DNA of 63,873 nucleotides, filler included, from Candidatus Hydrogenedentota bacterium (GTDB lineage: Bacteria; JBFMHD01), in the NCBI GenBank assembly GCA_040752395.1. It is 3 parts of 3 records of this genome, joined end to end, with 100 filler letters (N's around TTAATTAATTAA, not from the genome) between each part and the next. Parts side by side here need not be neighbours in the genome. Positions count along the whole stretch, not along the records: positions 32,286 to 63,873 come from JBFMHD010000005.1; 2 more parts are not named here. The stretch is one strand, 5' to 3'. The notes beneath the pieces are model-generated. The model did not search any database. It was not told the DNA's origin and saw only the letters and a program-made list of their open reading frames with translations. The position numbers and the translations under genes are program-made. Within the stretch, counting starts at the first letter, position 1; the number at the start of each line of letters is the position of its first letter. Shown here piece after piece: positions 62,232 to 63,873 of the stretch.

Positions 62232-63236
62232 TTATCTTGCAAGAAGTTGGCCACAGGCAGCGTTTATGTCACGTCCCCGTGATTTACGTACCGAAACCCA
62301 GACACCTTCTCTATATAAATAATCTGCTATACTTTTAATTAATTTTTCATCGGGTTCTTCTCTGTCCTTATATATTGTATTATATGGGATCAAATTAACC
62401 CTTACCCGGGGTAAATCTTTGCAAAATTTTATTAAAGCATCTAAATCATCTTTCCCGCTATTAAATCGCGGTATAACTATATATTGTAAAGTTATTGAAG
62501 ACTTTAGATGATTCTTTTGTATCCACTTCTTTATTTTAACAAGGGTATATTTTTTAGCTATTGGTACTATCTTTTCTCTTTTTTCCTGTATTGCGCTGTG
62601 TAAACTGATTGCGATCTTAATTTTAGTATAATTTTTAGTCAATTTTTCCAACTCAGATATAAGTCCTACAGTTGAGATAGTTATTTTTCTTGTACCAAAC
62701 CCAAAAAATGAAGGGTCTTTTAATAATTCATAAGCAGAAACAACATTGTCATAATTATCAAGCGGTTCGCCAACACCCATCATAACAACATTCGTTATAT
62801 TAAATCCTTTCCTTTTCCATAAATTCACCTGCTCAACTATCTCAAGGGTGGTAAGATTTCTAACAAATTTTATTTTACCTGAAGCACAAAACTCACATCC
62901 AAATTTGCAACCCACCTGTGTAGATACACAGACCGTAACCCTGTCAATATCAGGTATAAGAGCTGTTTCTATAATAGAATTATCATAAAGTTTGACAACA
63001 CCTTTACCTGTGCCATCTTTTGAAAAATAAGTTTCTTCAAAAAAGGGGCGTTGAAGAATAAAACTATCACTCAGTTTTTTTCTCAGTAGTTTATTGAGGT
63101 TGGTCATCTCATTAAAATCGTTAATATTTTGTTTCAAAATCCATTGAAGTAACTGACTCAATCTAAACGGTTTTTCTCCCTGTCTATCAAACCATTCTTT
63201 AAGTTCTTTTATATTTAATGAATATAGTGGGATCAT
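62232..63236 (-). CDS. rlmN: 23S rRNA m2A2503 methyltransferase RlmN
   Basis: CVSTQVGCKFGCEFCASG, MGVGEP, DINAACGQL. Confidence 0.95.
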   Translation of the reverse strand: MIPLYSLNIKELKEWFDRQGEKPFRLSQLLQWILKQNINDFNEMTNLNKLLRKKLSDSFILQRPFFEETYFSKDGTGKGVVKLYDNSIIETALIPDIDRVTVCVSTQVGCKFGCEFCASGKIKFVRNLTTLEIVEQVNLWKRKGFNITNVVMMGVGEPLDNYDNVVSAYELLKDPSFFGFGTRKITISTVGLISELEKLTKNYTKIKIAISLHSAIQEKREKIVPIAKKYTLVKIKKWIQKNHLKSSITLQYIVIPRFNSGKDDLDALIKFCKDLPRVRVNLIPYNTIYKDREEPDEKLIKSIADYLYREGVWVSVRKSRGRDINAACGQLLAR

Positions 63237-63271
63237 ATTAAGAAGCAAGAAGCGAGGGGCAAGAGAGATTG

Positions 63272-63754
63272 TTAAGCTTTCAAAAAATTATCAGTGTCGA
63301 AATCTAAATCAGTGGTTATTTTTTCAAAAGTAGGCAGTTCGTTATCGGTTGATGTTGCGTCTTTATCTTTAGCAGGAGATATACCAGAATCAAACTCAAA
63401 AGGTTTACCAACTTCCAGCATTCCATTAAAATAACGCGTAATAGTAAGAGTATTTATGAACGTTGCACTATTTTTGTCCATTTTGATTTTTAGAGAGAGG
63501 TAATCTGGATCATCCTCGTCATTTTTAATTTCGAGCTGATTTTTTGATAAATTGGATTTTCTGGTAACATTTTTCAATTCTCCGTTTTTGTCATCAAACA
63601 TACCGAGTATCTGATTTACTTTAGGCGCATCATCACCCCTTGTAATGAAAATATTACCGATAGAGATGCTTCGGCCTGGCTGGGGTTTAAATATTTTTAA
63701 TTCCACAGCGTCAGAATGTACCACCACACTAAACTTTTTTTTATCAATAGCCAT
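63272..63754 (-). CDS. Hypothetical protein (160 aa)
   Basis: ORF with ATG preceded by an element-derived GGAGG SD. Confidence 0.6.
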   Translation of the reverse strand: MAIDKKKFSVVVHSDAVELKIFKPQPGRSISIGNIFITRGDDAPKVNQILGMFDDKNGELKNVTRKSNLSKNQLEIKNDEDDPDYLSLKIKMDKNSATFINTLTITRYFNGMLEVGKPFEFDSGISPAKDKDATSTDNELPTFEKITTDLDFDTDNFLKA

Positions 63755-63764
63755 AAAATTAACC

Positions 63765-63873
63765 CCTCCTCTGAAAAACGCTGTAACTCTAATAATTCGG
63801 GCTACAGGCTACGGGCTACGGACTACAGCCGGCTGGAGCCCGAAGCCCGGAGCCTGAAGCCAACATATCATCT
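63765..63873. repeat. Modular intergenic repeat element (runs off window end)
   Basis: Reverse complement of 9093-9201. Confidence 0.88.

Overview
An AT-rich bacterial window made of three contigs joined by artificial N-TTAATTAATTAA-N linkers (16185-16284, 32186-32285). Most content is core or housekeeping: rpsO-pnp-M16 peptidase, rimM-trmD-rplS, era, yggS-proC, hfq-hflX', smc', eno, nifSU, metVF, rlmN and tRNA-Leu(CAA). It also carries motility and signalling genes (minimal flagellin, FlhB-like and FliK-like genes, HD-GYP, REC-PilZ, several histidine kinases, Flp pilin plus prepilin peptidase) and three GT-C-type membrane proteins. Highlights: (1) two tandem CHASE2 class III cyclases whose catalytic residues are split in exact complement, one C1-like and one C2-like, suggesting an obligate heterodimeric, mammalian-style adenylyl cyclase in a bacterium; (2) a perfect sigma28 promoter driving a ~125-nt non-coding, terminator-ended transcript complementary to the ribosome-binding site of the flagellin gene, which itself has a sigma70 promoter; (3) a dispersed modular repeat family whose end supplies the Shine-Dalgarno of eno, hfq and other genes; (4) a toxin-antitoxin cassette flanked by a perfect 67-bp direct repeat; (5) a LemA-linked HtpX homologue lacking both catalytic Glu residues. 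All calls come from motif recognition by eye; no database searches were run.
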